Assembly (NCBI GenBank): GCA_033442325.1
Contig: JAWQFM010000003.1
Location: forward strand, 2,667,657 to 2,731,540
Direction: 5' to 3'
DNA length: 63,884 nucleotides
From: Salpingoeca rosetta
Lineage: Eukaryota; Protista; Choanoflagellata
Of this stretch, positions 1 through 14,312 are shown piece by piece (within the stretch, counting starts at the first letter, position 1; each line of letters starts with the position of its first letter). The position numbers and the translations under genes were made by a program. The notes beneath the pieces are model-generated. The model was not told where the DNA came from, searched no databases, and saw only the letters and a program-made list of their open reading frames with translations.

Positions 1-244
1 ACACACAAGCCAGGGACCTTCCACCGCATCCCATCTCTCAAGCACCTGCACACACACCACCCCTTTGTCATCATCTGAGTTCTGCAGCATCTTTGTCTGT
101 GGCTGTTTGATTTGATGGGAGATTGTGCAATAAACCCGTTACAATGTGCATGGAAGCACATGTTGACAACGTGCATGGAATCAAACAACAAAATAACAAG
201 AACGAAAAAAAAGACAAAGAGACACAAGCAAGCAAGAAACGACC

Positions 245-1832
245 ATGCTGCAGACGATTGGGCGGGTGAAGAAGACCAAGTGGCTGGCACCCGTGACATC
301 GTTTGCGGTGGGCTCCGTCTTGCTACCCGAGAGGTGGATTGCCGCTGCCGAGACCGCCATAGCAAGTGCGTTCCTCACGGAGTGTGTGCGCGTGTGCGTG
401 TGTGTGTGTGTGTGTGTGAGTATTTGAATGGTTATGTGCGTGCGTGCGTGTGTGTGTGCTTGTTGGAAGCAGGTGGCAACTTGAGCACGTGTGAATGTGG
501 TGGTTGATAAGGTCGCTGATGTTCTCGTGGTTGTGCATGTGGTTGTGTGTTTGTGTATCAGATAGTGGCGCGTCGCAAGCACAGGTGTTTGAGGATGCGT
601 CCAAGTTTCACGCCTTTTGGGCGAACCGTGACATGCCAGACATAGAGCTACCAGAAGCATCGTCTGTGCGAGGTGTGCATGTGTATGTGTGCGTGCATGT
701 GTGTGTGTGTGTGCGTATGTGTGTGTGTGAATATGTGCGTGCATGTGAATATGTGCGTGCATGCGTTTTGTGTGTGTGTGCGTGTATGTGTGTGTGTGTG
801 TGCGTGCATGCGTTTTGTGTGTGTGCGTGCATGTGTGTGTGTATGCGTGCATGTGCTGTGTGTATGTGTGTATGCGTGTGTGGGTGTGTGTAGTGGCTCC
901 CTACCTCGTTGCTAACTTCCTGCTGTCACCTGTTGCTCATTGGTGAGTTCGACATGAATCTCATGCGTGTTTGCTTGTTTTGTTTCCGCTGCACGCTGTG
1001 CAGATCGAGCATATGTGTCGGAGGATGGAGTCAAGTATAAGAATCATCTGCGTTATGGAGAGCGGGAAGCACTTGCGTTTTTGGTATCGCAGGCACCACA
1101 CACGTTTGCTAGCACCCACCGCGTTCTCAACGAAGTGAGTCATGGACGAGGTTGTTGCTGTTTGCCATTGCTGTTTGCTGTTTGCTGTTCGTTGCTGCTG
1201 GGGATGATGACAACGGTGATGTTTCATCAACTTGCTGTCACGTCGAGTTCCACGAAAACCATGACACCTTCCAGCCATGACCAACACGCACACNNNNNNN
1301 NNNNNNNNNNNNNNNNNNNNNNNNNNNNNNNNNNNNNNNNNNNNNNNNNNNNNNNNNNNNNNNNNNNNNNNNNNNNNNNNNNNNNNNNNNNNNTTTTGAT
1401 TCAATTTAGTGGCCGTGTAGGGATGCTGGGCCGTCGAACGTTCTCTGATCTGTTTGTACATGTCTGCGTCGCCGTGTCTCTTACGGGCGGGGCTCGACGC
1501 GTCTAGCGGGGGTCTTGCGTATAAGAGACGACACTAGCACGCCCACAAGCCTCAAGCCTTCATCATCTACGCAGGCTCGAAATTTTAAACTATTATGCTA
1601 TCTAATAGCGTTGAAGGAGATCTCTTCAGAATTAGCGCAGGTCTCCACAATATGATGCGTTGGCACGTGGGGGGCTCAGCGACATGCGTCACGGCGCGAC
1701 ATTATGACCCACTGTCATTCATTTCGGCGCTTCCGATCCGTCGCTGTCTAGGCATCACGACAACGGTGAAGGGGCATCAACCCGGCGCCTCGCGGAGCTC
1801 GCCCTCAACCAGGTAACGTTTTCGCCATGAAG

Positions 1833-1924
<92 letters not shown>

Positions 1925-4900
1925 TACATCCCAATTGCGTGCAGTTGAGAATTCGGGATCCAGCGTTTCAGCCGTCATCTGTGCTGGACTTTGGCGCTGG
2001 AACAGGCACATCAACATGGTGAGAGCACCTGTTTTGTGCACCTGAGGTGCCATGCTCGTTTCAGCGCTGTTGGTGGCAGCATCAGTTGACCTTCTTCTGC
2101 GCTTTACCCTGGCATGGTGGCTGCACATGCTCCTGCACCTGATTGCACCACATTAACACTCTCCTCCCCTCCACACCTACCCCTCCCCCTCCTGCACACT
2201 CAGGGCACTGCATGACACATGGAAGTCGAGCGTTGACTCCATCACATGCGTGGATACGTCCTTGGCCATGCTGAACCTCTCCCAACACATGCTGGAGGGT
2301 ACGTAGCGACGCTGAGCGACGCTTAGCGATGACCACACACACATCAGCACATGTGCGCCGTCTTCACTCACACACACACACATGCACTTTCATGCGGGCT
2401 GAGCTTCACGTAAATAACCTTCGCGTTCTCCCTCTCCCTCTCCCATTGTCCATGTACCTGCACGTGTTGCTGTGTTTGCTTGCGCTGCTTCCAGGTATTG
2501 ATTACGATCGCCACAGTCGATTCCAACAGTTTCTCTCCCCCAAGGTAACTCAAATGTGTGCGCGTGTGTAAGTATGTGCAGTTGCATTGTGTTTGTGCGT
2601 GTGTATGTTTGTGTGTGTGTGTGTGTTTGTGTTTGTGTTTGTGTGTGTGTGTGTTTGTGTGTGAGAGAGAGTGTGTATGTATGTGTGTGTGTGTGTGTGT
2701 GGTCGGCTTTGTGTTGTCATTTCCTCTTCAAGCGCTAGTAGTACGCCACTACTGAAGCTCTTGCTCCTCTCCCCACAATACACACATGCTGCGCTTCATT
2801 GCACACTCCAGGGTGAGCACGACCTTGTGCTTGCCAGCCATACACTGAGCGAGCTGCCATCTGGTGACGCCCGCCGAGCAGCCCTCACATCCCTCTGGAA
2901 CAAGACAACCTCATACCTCGTACGTTGCGTGTGTGTGTGTGTGTGTGCACGTGTGTGTGCGCGTGTTTTCGTGCATGCGCTTCCAACCGTTGTCCATTCG
3001 TTCATGTCCTGCGGGCTGTGAGTCAGGTCATGTTCAACGCACTTCCACACTCACACTCTCACTCACACACACTCTCTCACTCACACTCTCACACACACAC
3101 ACTCACTCACACTCACTCACTCACCCACTCACATACACACACACATACACACACACACGCACTCACCCACACATACACACACGCACTCACCCACGCTCAC
3201 ACACATACAACAGGTGCTGGTGGAGAATGGGAGTGCGTGGGGGCACATGTGCATGCTTGAAGCTCGCCAGCACATTGCCGCGCTTGCGCTGCACGACAAC
3301 CAAGCGCACCTGGAGGCAATACACAGCAGTGACGATGAGGACACTGCGGGCCCTTCCGCTCATGATGGCCCTGGCTCTGACGCTGCAGCAACGGCGGCCG
3401 CGACACGAGAAGAAGAAGAAGAAGAAGAAGGCCATCAGCGCCACCACGATGGCGATGGTGATGGCCAAGAGCAGGGGGTGGCGTTTGCTTCCACTGCTGC
3501 TGCGGCAAGTACTGCACCGTACACAATGCAGCTGGTGGCCCCGTGCCCGCACATGTACCAGTGTCCCATGACGCAGACGTCCCACCCGTGCCACTTCCCC
3601 GTCTCCGTCGTCTGGCCTCCTTCCCTGGTGCGTATCACTGTTCATGTGTGTATGTGTGTGCATGTGCGTGTAAGTGCATGTGTGGTTTGGGGACGAGGGC
3701 CGATGGCTGCATGCCGTTGTGTTGTGACCGTGAATGATGCCTTGTTTTCCACACACACACACACACACACTAACGTGTGCGCACATATCGCACACACACA
3801 CACTAACGTGCGCGCACACACATATCACATATCACACGCATCACGCGCGCGCACACATCACACACACACACTCTTACGCACACGAAACAACAACAGATGT
3901 TCCACCGCAGCCTGCGTCGCCGGCAAGTGCGCAGAAGCAAGTTTTCGTACTTAATCTTGAAGAAGACAACATACTCCGCGGACCAGTGGCAGCAGTACCG
4001 GACCCATATCAAAACCTGTGGTGAAACCTTTGCCGCAGAGCAAGACAAAGAGCAGCGCGAACGCAAACGCCAGCGTCAGCAAGCGTCAGCAGCAGCAGCA
4101 GGAGAAGAGGAAGCTTCAGCAGACAACCACCCACAACCACAAGGACAACACCACCACCACCACCGCGGTGCAGACAACACGCTGGCTGCGATGGCCGCAT
4201 ATGCCGGCACGGTGGCGTCGGGCGCGCTCGGGGCCGCACACACCATCGACAGCCGCACACCAGCAGCAGTGGCAGCAGCAGAAGCAAAGGAAAAGGATGA
4301 TGATGAGGAGGAGGAAGACGAGGAAGATGATGATGAGGAGGAGAAAGAAGAAGATGAGCAAAAGGAAGAGGAAGAAGAGGAGCAAGACGCCGCCAGCGAC
4401 AGCACATCGTCGACAACACACAATCGCCAAGTTGACGCCGAAGGCGATTGCCCAACGCCAACAGCAGTCGATCAACAGCTTCATCGTGTCGTGGCCAGTG
4501 TGTCCCGCAAGAAAGGATTGGTCACTGCCAGGACCTGCTCCTTCAGCGGTGGGTATCGGTGGTTGCTTGCTCATGTCGCACGGAGCTCTTTGTTTTTGGT
4601 TCGTTCGTTTTGTGACTTGGAGCGGCGTGTTGGCGTGTTGGCGTGTTGTTGTGTGTTGTGTGTGTGCGTTGCTGGTGCGGCAAACGCAACACACCGCAAC
4701 ACAACGCAACGCGATACGACGCACAAAACGCGTCACGACGCACAAAACGCGTCACACACGCGAACAACGCCACACCAAACATGACCACGCCACACAAAAC
4801 GCTAACGGCGGCACACACGCGAAACGTGCAAACATGCACGTTCCATCAGAGCGGGCCTTGCCAGGGACCTCATTTTGGCCCGCTCTATTTCTTTGTGCAA

Positions 4901-5124
4901 CTGTGTCCACTCTCGTTTTGGTCATGCTGGGACAGTCTTGCACGGCGTGGAGAGTCTTTCCCGTGGCGCTCACCCAGTTTTATTTTGCGATTTGGTTGTT
5001 TTGTTTCGCCACCCCAGGGAAAATTCGCGATGTCACCTTCAGTAAGCGGCGGGTCAACGACGACTTGAAGTGGCGGGCCGCAAAGAAGATGGCATGGGGC
5101 GATCTTGTTGCGGCGAATAGATAG
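245..5124 (+). CDS. METTL17: Mitochondrial small-subunit assembly factor / methyltransferase-like protein METTL17 (Rsm22 family), multi-exon
   Basis: Spliced exons give LRYGEREALAFLV (1004-1134), SAM motif I FQPSSVLDFGAGTG (~1944-2017), TCVDTSLAMLNLS (~2204-2298), HDLVLASHTLSELP (~2812-2919), VLVENGSAWG...APCPHMYQCP...PCHF (3214-3627), KFSYLILKK...RKKGLVTARTC (3897-~4550) and C-terminal RAAKKMAWGDL. All are Rsm22/METTL17 signatures, including the four Cys that bind Fe-S. The gene spans a 100-N gap inside an intron. Confidence 0.88.
1294..1393. other. Assembly gap (100 N)
   Basis: Run of N. Confidence 1.
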
Positions 5125-6096
5125 TTTGCAATGTGGCTTTTCATTTTTCCCATGTCTGGTCAACCTACATAGGATGCGTTGACCAACCCACAAAGCTTCG
5201 CCTCTCGCGTGTTGTGTGTCGCTCCGTCGCAGCAGCAGCGTGCTCTCTTTGTTGGTGTTTTGGCGCAGTCAGGGCCACATAGTGGTCATGCTTGCTGCAG
5301 CGTGCTTGCTTCAACAGCAGTAAACCCACCCACAAAACAACGTGCGCTTCGGTTGTGCGGGGCGTGGTCGCCCTGCTTTTGCCGTGCCCAGTGTGTGTGT
5401 GTGTGCCTTTGCTTGGTGGGACCACGTTGTGCTCTGCGGCATGCATTTTCCCTGACCCTCCACCCATACCTCCGCTCCTCTCTCCCCCCCCCCTCTGTCT
5501 TTGTTCTTGCCACGTTCTGTTTCACGTGTTACATTACCCTTTGCTCTGCCCGCCGTCCCTCCGTGGGTCGATCTCTTTGTTCTTCTTCCATCGTCGAGTC
5601 GTAGCTGTGCTCTGCTTTGGAGCTAGTGGTGGTGTTGTTGTTTGCCCCCCCCCCCCAAAAAGCTCTCACCATTTCATGCTTGCTGAGTCGCAGACGCAGA
5701 CACAGCCCATTTTCCATTTGTCACGCCTGCCTTCCAAGCCAAGCCCTCCCTTGTTCTTTGCTTTGCTCGTCTCGTCGATCACTCCAATATCCTCCCTCTT
5801 CCAGTTCTTCCTTTCCCTGATCCCTCCCTTGTCGCCCTTGTCGCCCTTGTCGCCCAGTCCAGCAACCCTGCAATCACGCCAGCCACGCCTACAGCGAGCG
5901 ATTGTGATTTTGTGCGCCGCAAACACATCCACTACTGCCCCCACCACTATCACCTTCCTCTCCGCCTCTTCCACCGCCCACGCCGCACACGCGTTCCTCT
6001 TCCACGCAAGAAGGGGTCACCACCTTGACGTCGCTCCGTCCCACCACCACTACCACCACGCACGCAGTGTACCAAAGATAGTCATCGTCCACGACC

Positions 6097-8834
6097 ATGC
6101 CGCGCACCCCTCGCCGCAAATACAGTCAGTGTGTGTGCGCGCGTGCGTGTGTGTGTGTGTGTTGTGTATCTGCGTATGTGTGTATCTGCATGTGTCTGCT
6201 GCGTATGTGTGTTGCGTGTGCGTGCGTGTGTTGTGTGTGCATGTGTGTGTGTGTGTCTCTCTCTCTCTCTATGTGGTTGTACATGATCTTCTTGTCGGTC
6301 GTTATCTGTGCGAAACTGTCTCTGCTGTCATGATGCTCTTGACTCTCCAAGCTATCCTTTCAAACATTCTTCCTCCCCCCTTCCCATCCTCCACACGCTC
6401 GTACTCACTCACAAACAACACCCACTCCGCTCCCACTCACTCCATGCAGCGTTCACGGATTCCGCCCACTCGGTGGACCGCTGTAAACAACTCGGCGTCG
6501 GCATTCTCAAAAAGGGCAAGACGGCTGTGCGCGAAATTGCAAAGACGCACGGCAAGAGCGTCCTCCGCCATCGCTCGCAGGCCCTCGATACCATGAGCAA
6601 GCAGCGGCGCCGCAAGTGCGACAGGCTCATTGCCAAGGCGTACACCACCCGCAACGATGAGGTCGAAAGTGCTCTCGCCCTCGAAGAACTCCACGCGTTC
6701 TGCTTCCAAGTTCCAGAGGGCTGGGAAACCATGACCCGCAAGTACAAGTTTAAGACCCGCACCCAACAAGATCGCGCCTTTTACCTCCGCCTTCAAGCTG
6801 TCGCCATCATCCTCTACAAGCGATTTGGAGGTGCGTATGTGTGTGTGTGTGTGTATGTGTGTGCATATTTGCTTGCTTGAGTATGTTCGTCTTTGCTTGT
6901 CTCTGCTTGTTCTTGTTGTTTGAGTATGGCCGTCCCTGCTTGTGTATGTTTGTTGTTGTTGTTTGAGAACATGAGTGTATGTTATTATTGCCTGCTTCCT
7001 GATGCTTGCTGGTGTATGTTTCCTTTACATGTGACACGAGGCCTGATCAACTCGGATACTCTTTGCTCCTTTTTCGTTTTTCTTGTCTTTACTGATTCTG
7101 GTACTGTGTCCTATCGCGACCTCATCATGTCAAACCACTCCTCGCTTCACTGCTTCACTCCAACTGCGTTCGGTCTTCCTCCTTTCCGTAACAACAGGCT
7201 GCTACAAGACACTGGTTGAGAGCTCAAAGACCATGCTCCGCGACTACGACTACAGCAAGAACCCAAGAAAGCGTAAGAGCTACCACCTCCTCCTCACATG
7301 CGTGTTGACCCAAGTTGTTTGGCATGGGCGCCACAACGGCGGCAGCTTTCATGTGTCAAACATCCAAACATCTAAACACATCCAACTATCCATACACACC
7401 CGGATGTTTAAACATGGACACGTCCGGAATGCGCACACGTACACATACCATGATCATCCGTGCACTGAAAACGAAACGTTGACGAAACTAAATCCTCAAT
7501 CTAACGCCAACAACACCACCCCACGAACATGCAACAACAACACCTCCGCCTCTTGTAGGAAAAGGTTCCCGCCGCACCTCGCGCTATCCCGCGCGCAGGG
7601 GAAGGAGCACTCGCCGCTCCGCACGAGACGAACAACAGCACAAGGAAGAGCAGGAGGAGCTTGAGGAGCACATGCAGATGGATGAAGATGAGGAGAACGG
7701 TGTCCCCGACAACAACAGCGGGACTGCAGCTGTTCCTGACAACGCTTCTCATCGCATTTCCAGCGGCCTCGAGCACGGCCGCGCCTCAGACGCGGGACAT
7801 GACAGCGACGCAGAGTCGGTGTTCACCTTCCAGCCCATCTCCTCCGCCCCGCCATCGCCTTCCATGGCCGGCCACTCGGACGCGGAATCCGCTGCCTCAA
7901 CACCGCGCCGTCGCCAGTCCCGGCGCAGCAGCCACACACGCAGCACTGCATCGGCTGCAGACATTGCCGGTGACCCGCTGATGCCTGTGCCCATGAACCC
8001 AATCAGCGCCACCACGCACACCATGTTGCATGCAAGCACGTCGCCGGTAGATGCGCACATGTACATGGACGGCAGTGACACCGACAGCCTCCTCCTCCTC
8101 TCTGAGCCAAGCTCCCCCGAGTTTGCTTCCGCGTCGGACTCCGAAGCCCCACCCGCATTCCGCGCTCCTCCAGAGCCTTCCCCAATCTGTTTGATGCAGC
8201 TCAACGACATTGTCGAGCACATCCAGGCTTGCCAACGTACGTACCAAACAGCACCAATCAAACAACAAGGACACACAGAGGCGCTTGCGCCCCCCCCGTG
8301 CATGCAAGCACACACACACACATACACACACGCACATACACACACATACACACACATACACACACACACGCACACACACACACACACACGCGCACACACG
8401 CACACACACGCACACACACACACACACAAGCTGGCTGTCTCTCTCTCTCTCTCTTGTTTGTCCGCTTCTTCACTTCACACCAACCAACGCACGTTCACGT
8501 CTTCTCGTGTCCTGCTCTCACAAACTCCCCACCAATGCCCTGCACTTCGCCCTCTCCGACAGTGACGCTCGCCTACACCAAGATTGCCTTGTATTGGGAC
8601 ATGAACGAGGACCTGACCCTGCTTGATATTTACTTGCAGCTCTTGTCCCTCTGCCCCGAGCTGCACGCCACCTTCGAGGCAGTCGCTGCCGACAACGCTG
8701 TTGCATCATCAAACGCAAAGGGAGCACCCATGCCCTACGCGCTAGTTCTCGCGCCGTGTGACGCCCAGCCAACGCCCCTCGCCCACGAGCAGGCCGCTCG
8801 CATTGCTTCCACCGGCATTCCCATCCACTGGTGA
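6097..8834 (+). CDS. Hypothetical protein, about 477 aa, 5 exons
   Basis: Phase-consistent GT-AG exons at 6097-6124, 6450-6830, 7198-7272, 7559-8236 and 8563-8834 (sum 1434 nt). Basic helical N-terminal region, S/P/acidic disordered middle, small folded C-terminal domain. No recognised family. Confidence 0.7.
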
Positions 8835-10418
8835 ATGGTGGACATTTATTCAGTCGTGTCTGCCTCGTCAGCAGGCACCAGCAGTTATTCTTTCCTTCAT
8901 CGTGCCTTTCCAGATCATCGTCGTCATCATCGTCATCATCGTCATCATCGGATCAGCCTCCGCTTTTCGGTCTCGCACTCGGGCGCTCAGCCACGCATAC
9001 GCGTTGCTCTCTGGATTCTATCTTTGGCTTTCATTTCACCAGCAGTCGGATCGCCCTCCTCCTTCGTACTCTCGTTCTTTCGTTCTTTCGTTCTTTCGTC
9101 GTCATTTAGATGACGCGTGATTGTAACCACTTTCGGCCGCAGCAGGCCCATGCCTCGCCCGCCCAAAGGCCCCACAGCCTCAAGACAGTCACCATGGCAC
9201 GACTTACTTTATTCAACCAATACTCCACTCGTCGTCGTGGCTGTCTGCGTTCCTGTTGGTGGTGCATGGTTTGTTGTTTGTTCTAGTGTTGGGTGTCTTT
9301 TCATCTGTTGTTTAGTTGTTTCATTCTTCTTCTGATTACTGATACTTTGCTTTGTATCGCCATGTCGCTCGTCGCTCTGTGCTGCTTCCGCTTGCCCTAG
9401 CTCTTTGTGCTTTGTGCTGTCTTCCTAACGAGTCTGCATCAGCTCGTGTGTCCTTGCTTGTCTGTTTGCTTGCTCTGCCTATCTCCTTGCACATGTGCGT
9501 GTTGCCAGTGTTGTGGGTTGCACCACCTCCGCTCAGTTGTAGTTGTGGCTCCTTACTATGCGTGCCGTTGGATGTGGGTGTGTCCATGTGGTTTTCTGAT
9601 GCACTCTTCTCTTGTCCTTGTCTTGATAATTGCGATTGGTTACAGTTATATGTGCTTGCTCTTGCAAGTTCTTCCCGATGGCGTGTTTGTCTGCTGTTCT
9701 CGGCAGGCGGTTCAGAGGTTGCCCACCGTGTTGTTACAACGTCATGTTACTCCCGCGCGTGTATGAATGCATGTGCGTTTTGATACACGTGTTAAGTTGA
9801 AGAAGCGACAATACAATTGATGAAGCTTCTCCTGCAGCAACGTAATCATCAGGGGGTGCAAGGGAGAGAAGGACAAACTAGATGCATACAAGCAGAAACA
9901 AGCAAACAACAGACAGGCAAGAAAGCAAACAGCACATAGGCAAACACACACACACACACAGCTACAGACAAACGCACACGCAATAACACACATACACATA
10001 CATACACACACACACACACACAGAGCCACCACAGAGTATCCTTTGACCGATTCATTCGTTTAGTTATTGCAGGGAACGAAAGGACGGACGGGCATGCGGC
10101 AAGCAAGTTAACACTTGCTTGCAAAACAACACCCCAATACACCGCTACAAGTGCAAGCAAATTACAGATGCAGAGCAAAAAGAGCAAGAAGCAACAGCCT
10201 ATCTAACGAGCTAGCTGGAAACCAAAGTAAAGGCGACCCAAAATCCAAGATGATAACACACACAGGCGAACAAAAGCCGGGGGGTCGTTGAATACGCGTG
10301 TCGAGCAAAACAGATGGCACGAGCGAGGGCCGGAGCGCAGCAACGCAGCAATGCCTTCAACAAGCAAGTGCATGTCATGTGCTGTTATTGGAAAAGCAAA
10401 CACAACAAGGTGGGGGAT

Positions 10419-11027
10419 TTACGTCCCCGCAGACGCGGTGGCAGACGCGGCGTGCGGTGCTGTGGACGGTAGAGCCGTAGGCGGCGAACTTGCAGCCAAC
10501 CGCCAAAAGGAGAGAGCGATGAGCAGCACCAGGAGCGCCGAGTTGATGTGCAGACACCACCGGCGCAGAGCCGCCACCCGCTCCTCGTCAAACCGCGGCG
10601 ACGGGAGCAGCAGCTCAAACACGGCCTTGAGCATGTGTGCACCGTCAAGTAGCCAGCAGGGGAGGGCGTTGAGGACAGCCAGCGCCGGGGAGAGCGCAAT
10701 CATGTAGCCGAGAAACGTGCGCACAGCCAACGGGAAGCGAAGGCTGGACACCCCAAGCGGCACATAGTCCGACAACAGCACAGACCTGAGAGAGAGTGTG
10801 TGTATGTGTGTATGTGTGTATGTGTGTATGTGAGTGAGTGAGAGTGTGTGAGAGAGAGTGTGTGTATGTGAGTGAGTGAGTGAGTGAGTGAGTGAGTGAG
10901 TGAGTGAGTGAGTGAGTGAGTGAGTGAGTGAGTGAGTGAGTGAGTGAGTGAGTGTGTGTGTGAGTGAGTGTGTGTGTGAGTGAGTGAGTGAGTGAGTGAG
11001 TGAGTGAGTGAGTGAGTGAGTGAGTGA

Positions 11028-11066
<39 letters not shown>

Positions 11067-11300
11067 TGAGTGAATGCGTTGATTCTGAGTCAGCAAATCA
11101 ACAACAATGCAGACAAGGGTTGAAAACGGAGGCACTGCGTGCAAACTCACTGCGAGAATTCGTTCAAGGGCCCAAGAAATAGTACGGGCTCTTTTCCCGC
11201 CACGTGGAATCGAACAAAGTGCCTTTGTGATGCGAGCGAGCACATGCCCAGTGGATGAGCAAAGGGCGAGGGCTGTGATGCTGGATGTTTCAGAGTAAGC

Positions 11301-11361
<61 letters not shown>

Positions 11362-12038
11362 GCACACAAGCACAAAGGCACAGACAGACACAGACACAGA
11401 CACAGACGGACACACAGGCACACGGACACGCACACTCCCCCTCCCTCACACACACAACGCATGGTCTCTCACATGTCGTCGACTTCGAGGGTGACGTTCC
11501 AGCAGGCAAAGCCGTCACTGCAGTGCGAATGCGCGACGCAGCGATCAACAGCAGCACTGTCTGCGGCCTGAACACGAGCAGTCACAAGACAACAGCAACA
11601 ACGGTTAACGGCAGCACACGGCACACGGCGGTACAGCGCAACATCAAACCATGCGAACGAAGGTTTACAAAAGGGCGAGCTTTGACATATGTGTTGCGCA
11701 GCGAAGGGGGGGGGGCGGCGGGGTTTGCATGCTGACAGCAATGGGAGTGAATGCAACTTGCCTTTCGCGCTGGGATGCACTTGAACAAGCCCTCCGCCCG
11801 CTGCGCAAAGCACAACCTGAACCGACACAAACCCAAAGGCACCATGAGCAAGGTGGCTGCCATGATAAGAGAGGTGGCATGGCGGTCCAGTCGCTGCCAT
11901 CACGTCAACGTGCGTGTCATGGGCGACCGCAAACAGCAACCACGCCCCTTTTTCTTCCTTACGCAGCTGAGACGATAAATCCTCTCCTAAAAAACCTCAA
12001 CCCACTCCCCGCTTCTCTCCAGAACCCACATCCACCCC

Positions 12039-12090
<52 letters not shown>

Positions 12091-12118
12091 CACACGCACA
12101 CACACACACACACACACA

Positions 12119-12162
<44 letters not shown>

Positions 12163-12602
12163 CACACACACACGCACACGCCATTCATGCAATGCAAGCC
12201 GCACCTTGACTGCGAGGTGTCGCCCGTGTCCTCAACACAGCAGTCCGCGTGCACCTCTGCGTGTGGATCCACACCCGGCGGTGGTTTCAGCGGCGGATAT
12301 GCGTCCACGAGCGAACGGCTCAAACACATGCCCGTGCGCCCCGTCACACGCAGCGCCTACCATGCAGCGTTGGAGGGAGGAAGAGGGGAAGAGGGGAAGT
12401 GTGCGCGTGCGTGAGCACGCTTTGTGTGGTATGTTTGTGTGCGCGCGCCTTGTTATATGGGTGTGTCGAAGACTCACCTCAATGTCCCCAAAGCAGCGGT
12501 GAATGTCCTCAATCGTGTTGACCTCGCAGCCTTCATCTGCAAACACGCGGCCACCTCAGTGCAGCATTAGCAATTCTGCAGATGCATACAGAGACGCACG
12601 AG

Positions 12603-12633
<31 letters not shown>

Positions 12634-13000
12634 AACACATACACACACACACACAGACGCAACACATACACACGCACACACAGACACACACACACACACA
12701 CAACACATACATACACCCACCCTCCCCACGAAACGAGGCGACTGACTGATGGCGGTGATGACATCCCCAGGCTGGAGCGATGCGGCGAGCGGGGAGTGCA
12801 CATCAAGCGCAGCAACAGCAACGCCGTGACCATACATATACGACGACGACAGAAGCGCTGATGGCAGTGGTTGGCGGCAGTGGTTGGCGGCATGATAGTG
12901 AGCTGAGCATGATGGGTTGAAAGAGGCCAACTGGGAAGCTTGAATGTCATGGTGGCAGGCAGGTCAATATTTCTGCATGATCACACACACACACACACAG

Positions 13001-13074
<74 letters not shown>

Positions 13075-13943
13075 CACGGCAACGCACTTGGAAGGGCGAG
13101 GTAGACGGCAAACGCTAGAAGAGCGAGCACGATGTTGTGCCAGACGCCGGCGCAGAAGATGCGGAGCTGCTGAAATGCCTTGACGGCATTCAGCTGCGGC
13201 GAGTGCAGTTCAACAAAGGCGCCCGGGAGAACAACCTGGATGAACATGCCGCAGTTCTCGATGTACACATCGTGCAGCGCAGCGGCAATGCCGTGGCCCG
13301 CCTCGTGGAACAGGCTGTTGAGCAGCACCACCACAAAGAAGATGAGCGTGTGCTCTGCGGGTACGTTGACGCCCGGGATGAGTGGGCGCATCTCAAACTG
13401 CCGGATGCGCGGCGCGTGTGTGGAAGTCGTGCCCGCCACACCGGCGGAACTGCTGCCACTGGACTCTGTCATGGGCAGCCCAGCGCCGTGCTGATGGTGC
13501 TGGTGCTCGTGGCCCGGCAGGGATGGCGACGTGGCGGGCATGGAGAAGGAAGGAAGAAGGTCGGCAGCGGTGACCGTCAGGTTGAACAGGACCAGTAGCG
13601 GCCCCAGCGCCAGCAGCGCACAGCCAACAAACACCCCAAACGAGAACCACAGCCGCCAGGCCGTGGGCGACCACAGGGCGATGCGGTAGAAGTATTTTGC
13701 GATCCGGTTGGAGGTGAAGGTGATGCTGAGGAATGAGATGCGGATGCCGCGCTTGTCCAGCCACGCCCTGTATGCCGAGGACGTCGAGCTCTTGCTTCCG
13801 CTCGACGGCTGGGGTGCCAGGTACGACGACGCGGCGGCCACTGATGACGACGGCATCGACGATGTGGAGGTTGACAGGAAGGCGTGCACGCCGTGGATGA
13901 AGATCCACGCCAACGCGATCCACCCCAGCAGGCCACCAAGCAT
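10419..13943 (-). CDS. MBTPS2: Membrane-bound transcription factor site-2 protease (peptidase M50), multi-exon
   Basis: Hydrophobic N-terminus [13 protein letters not shown], Ser-rich stretch, [23 protein letters not shown] zinc motif, [22 protein letters not shown]-like [16 protein letters not shown], Cys-rich luminal exons and C-terminal [11 protein letters not shown] (NxxPxxxLDG). Confidence 0.93.
10830..11072. repeat. Intronic (TGAG)n/(TG)n microsatellite
   Basis: Long tgagtgag... array in the last MBTPS2 intron. Confidence 0.95.
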
Positions 13944-14189
13944 GGTGGTGCCTGCTTGATGGGTTGGTCGATTGGTTGGTCGCCTGGCTTGCTTGTCGAG
14001 GGGTTGGTGAGGCTGCGCAACCTGAAGAAAAGCAAAGAAGCAAGGGGTATGTGTATGTGTGTGTGTGTGTGTGAGGATGTGGAATTCAAGACCACTGCCG
14101 CAAGTACATACATGGCAGCCGATGACGTTTGCTGGGGTAAGACACAGACACATACACACACACATGCACACACACAACATACACACACA

Positions 14190-14312
<123 letters not shown>

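Noticed and set aside
894-942. Possible extra METTL17 exon (AG...GTGAGT)
   Set aside because: Its phase is incompatible with the flanking exons, and skipping it preserves the frame. It could be a poison exon, but there is no supporting evidence.
1394-1840. Compositionally odd segment after the first gap, resembling a foreign insertion
   Set aside because: Its 3' end (catcacgacaacggtgaaggggcatcaac...gccatgaagaacacgcacac) aligns with 1204-1293 (gatgatgacaacggtgatgtttcatcaac...gccatgaccaacacgcacac). It is most likely a low-quality read tail past the (CA)n tract that duplicates the pre-gap sequence, so an assembly artefact.
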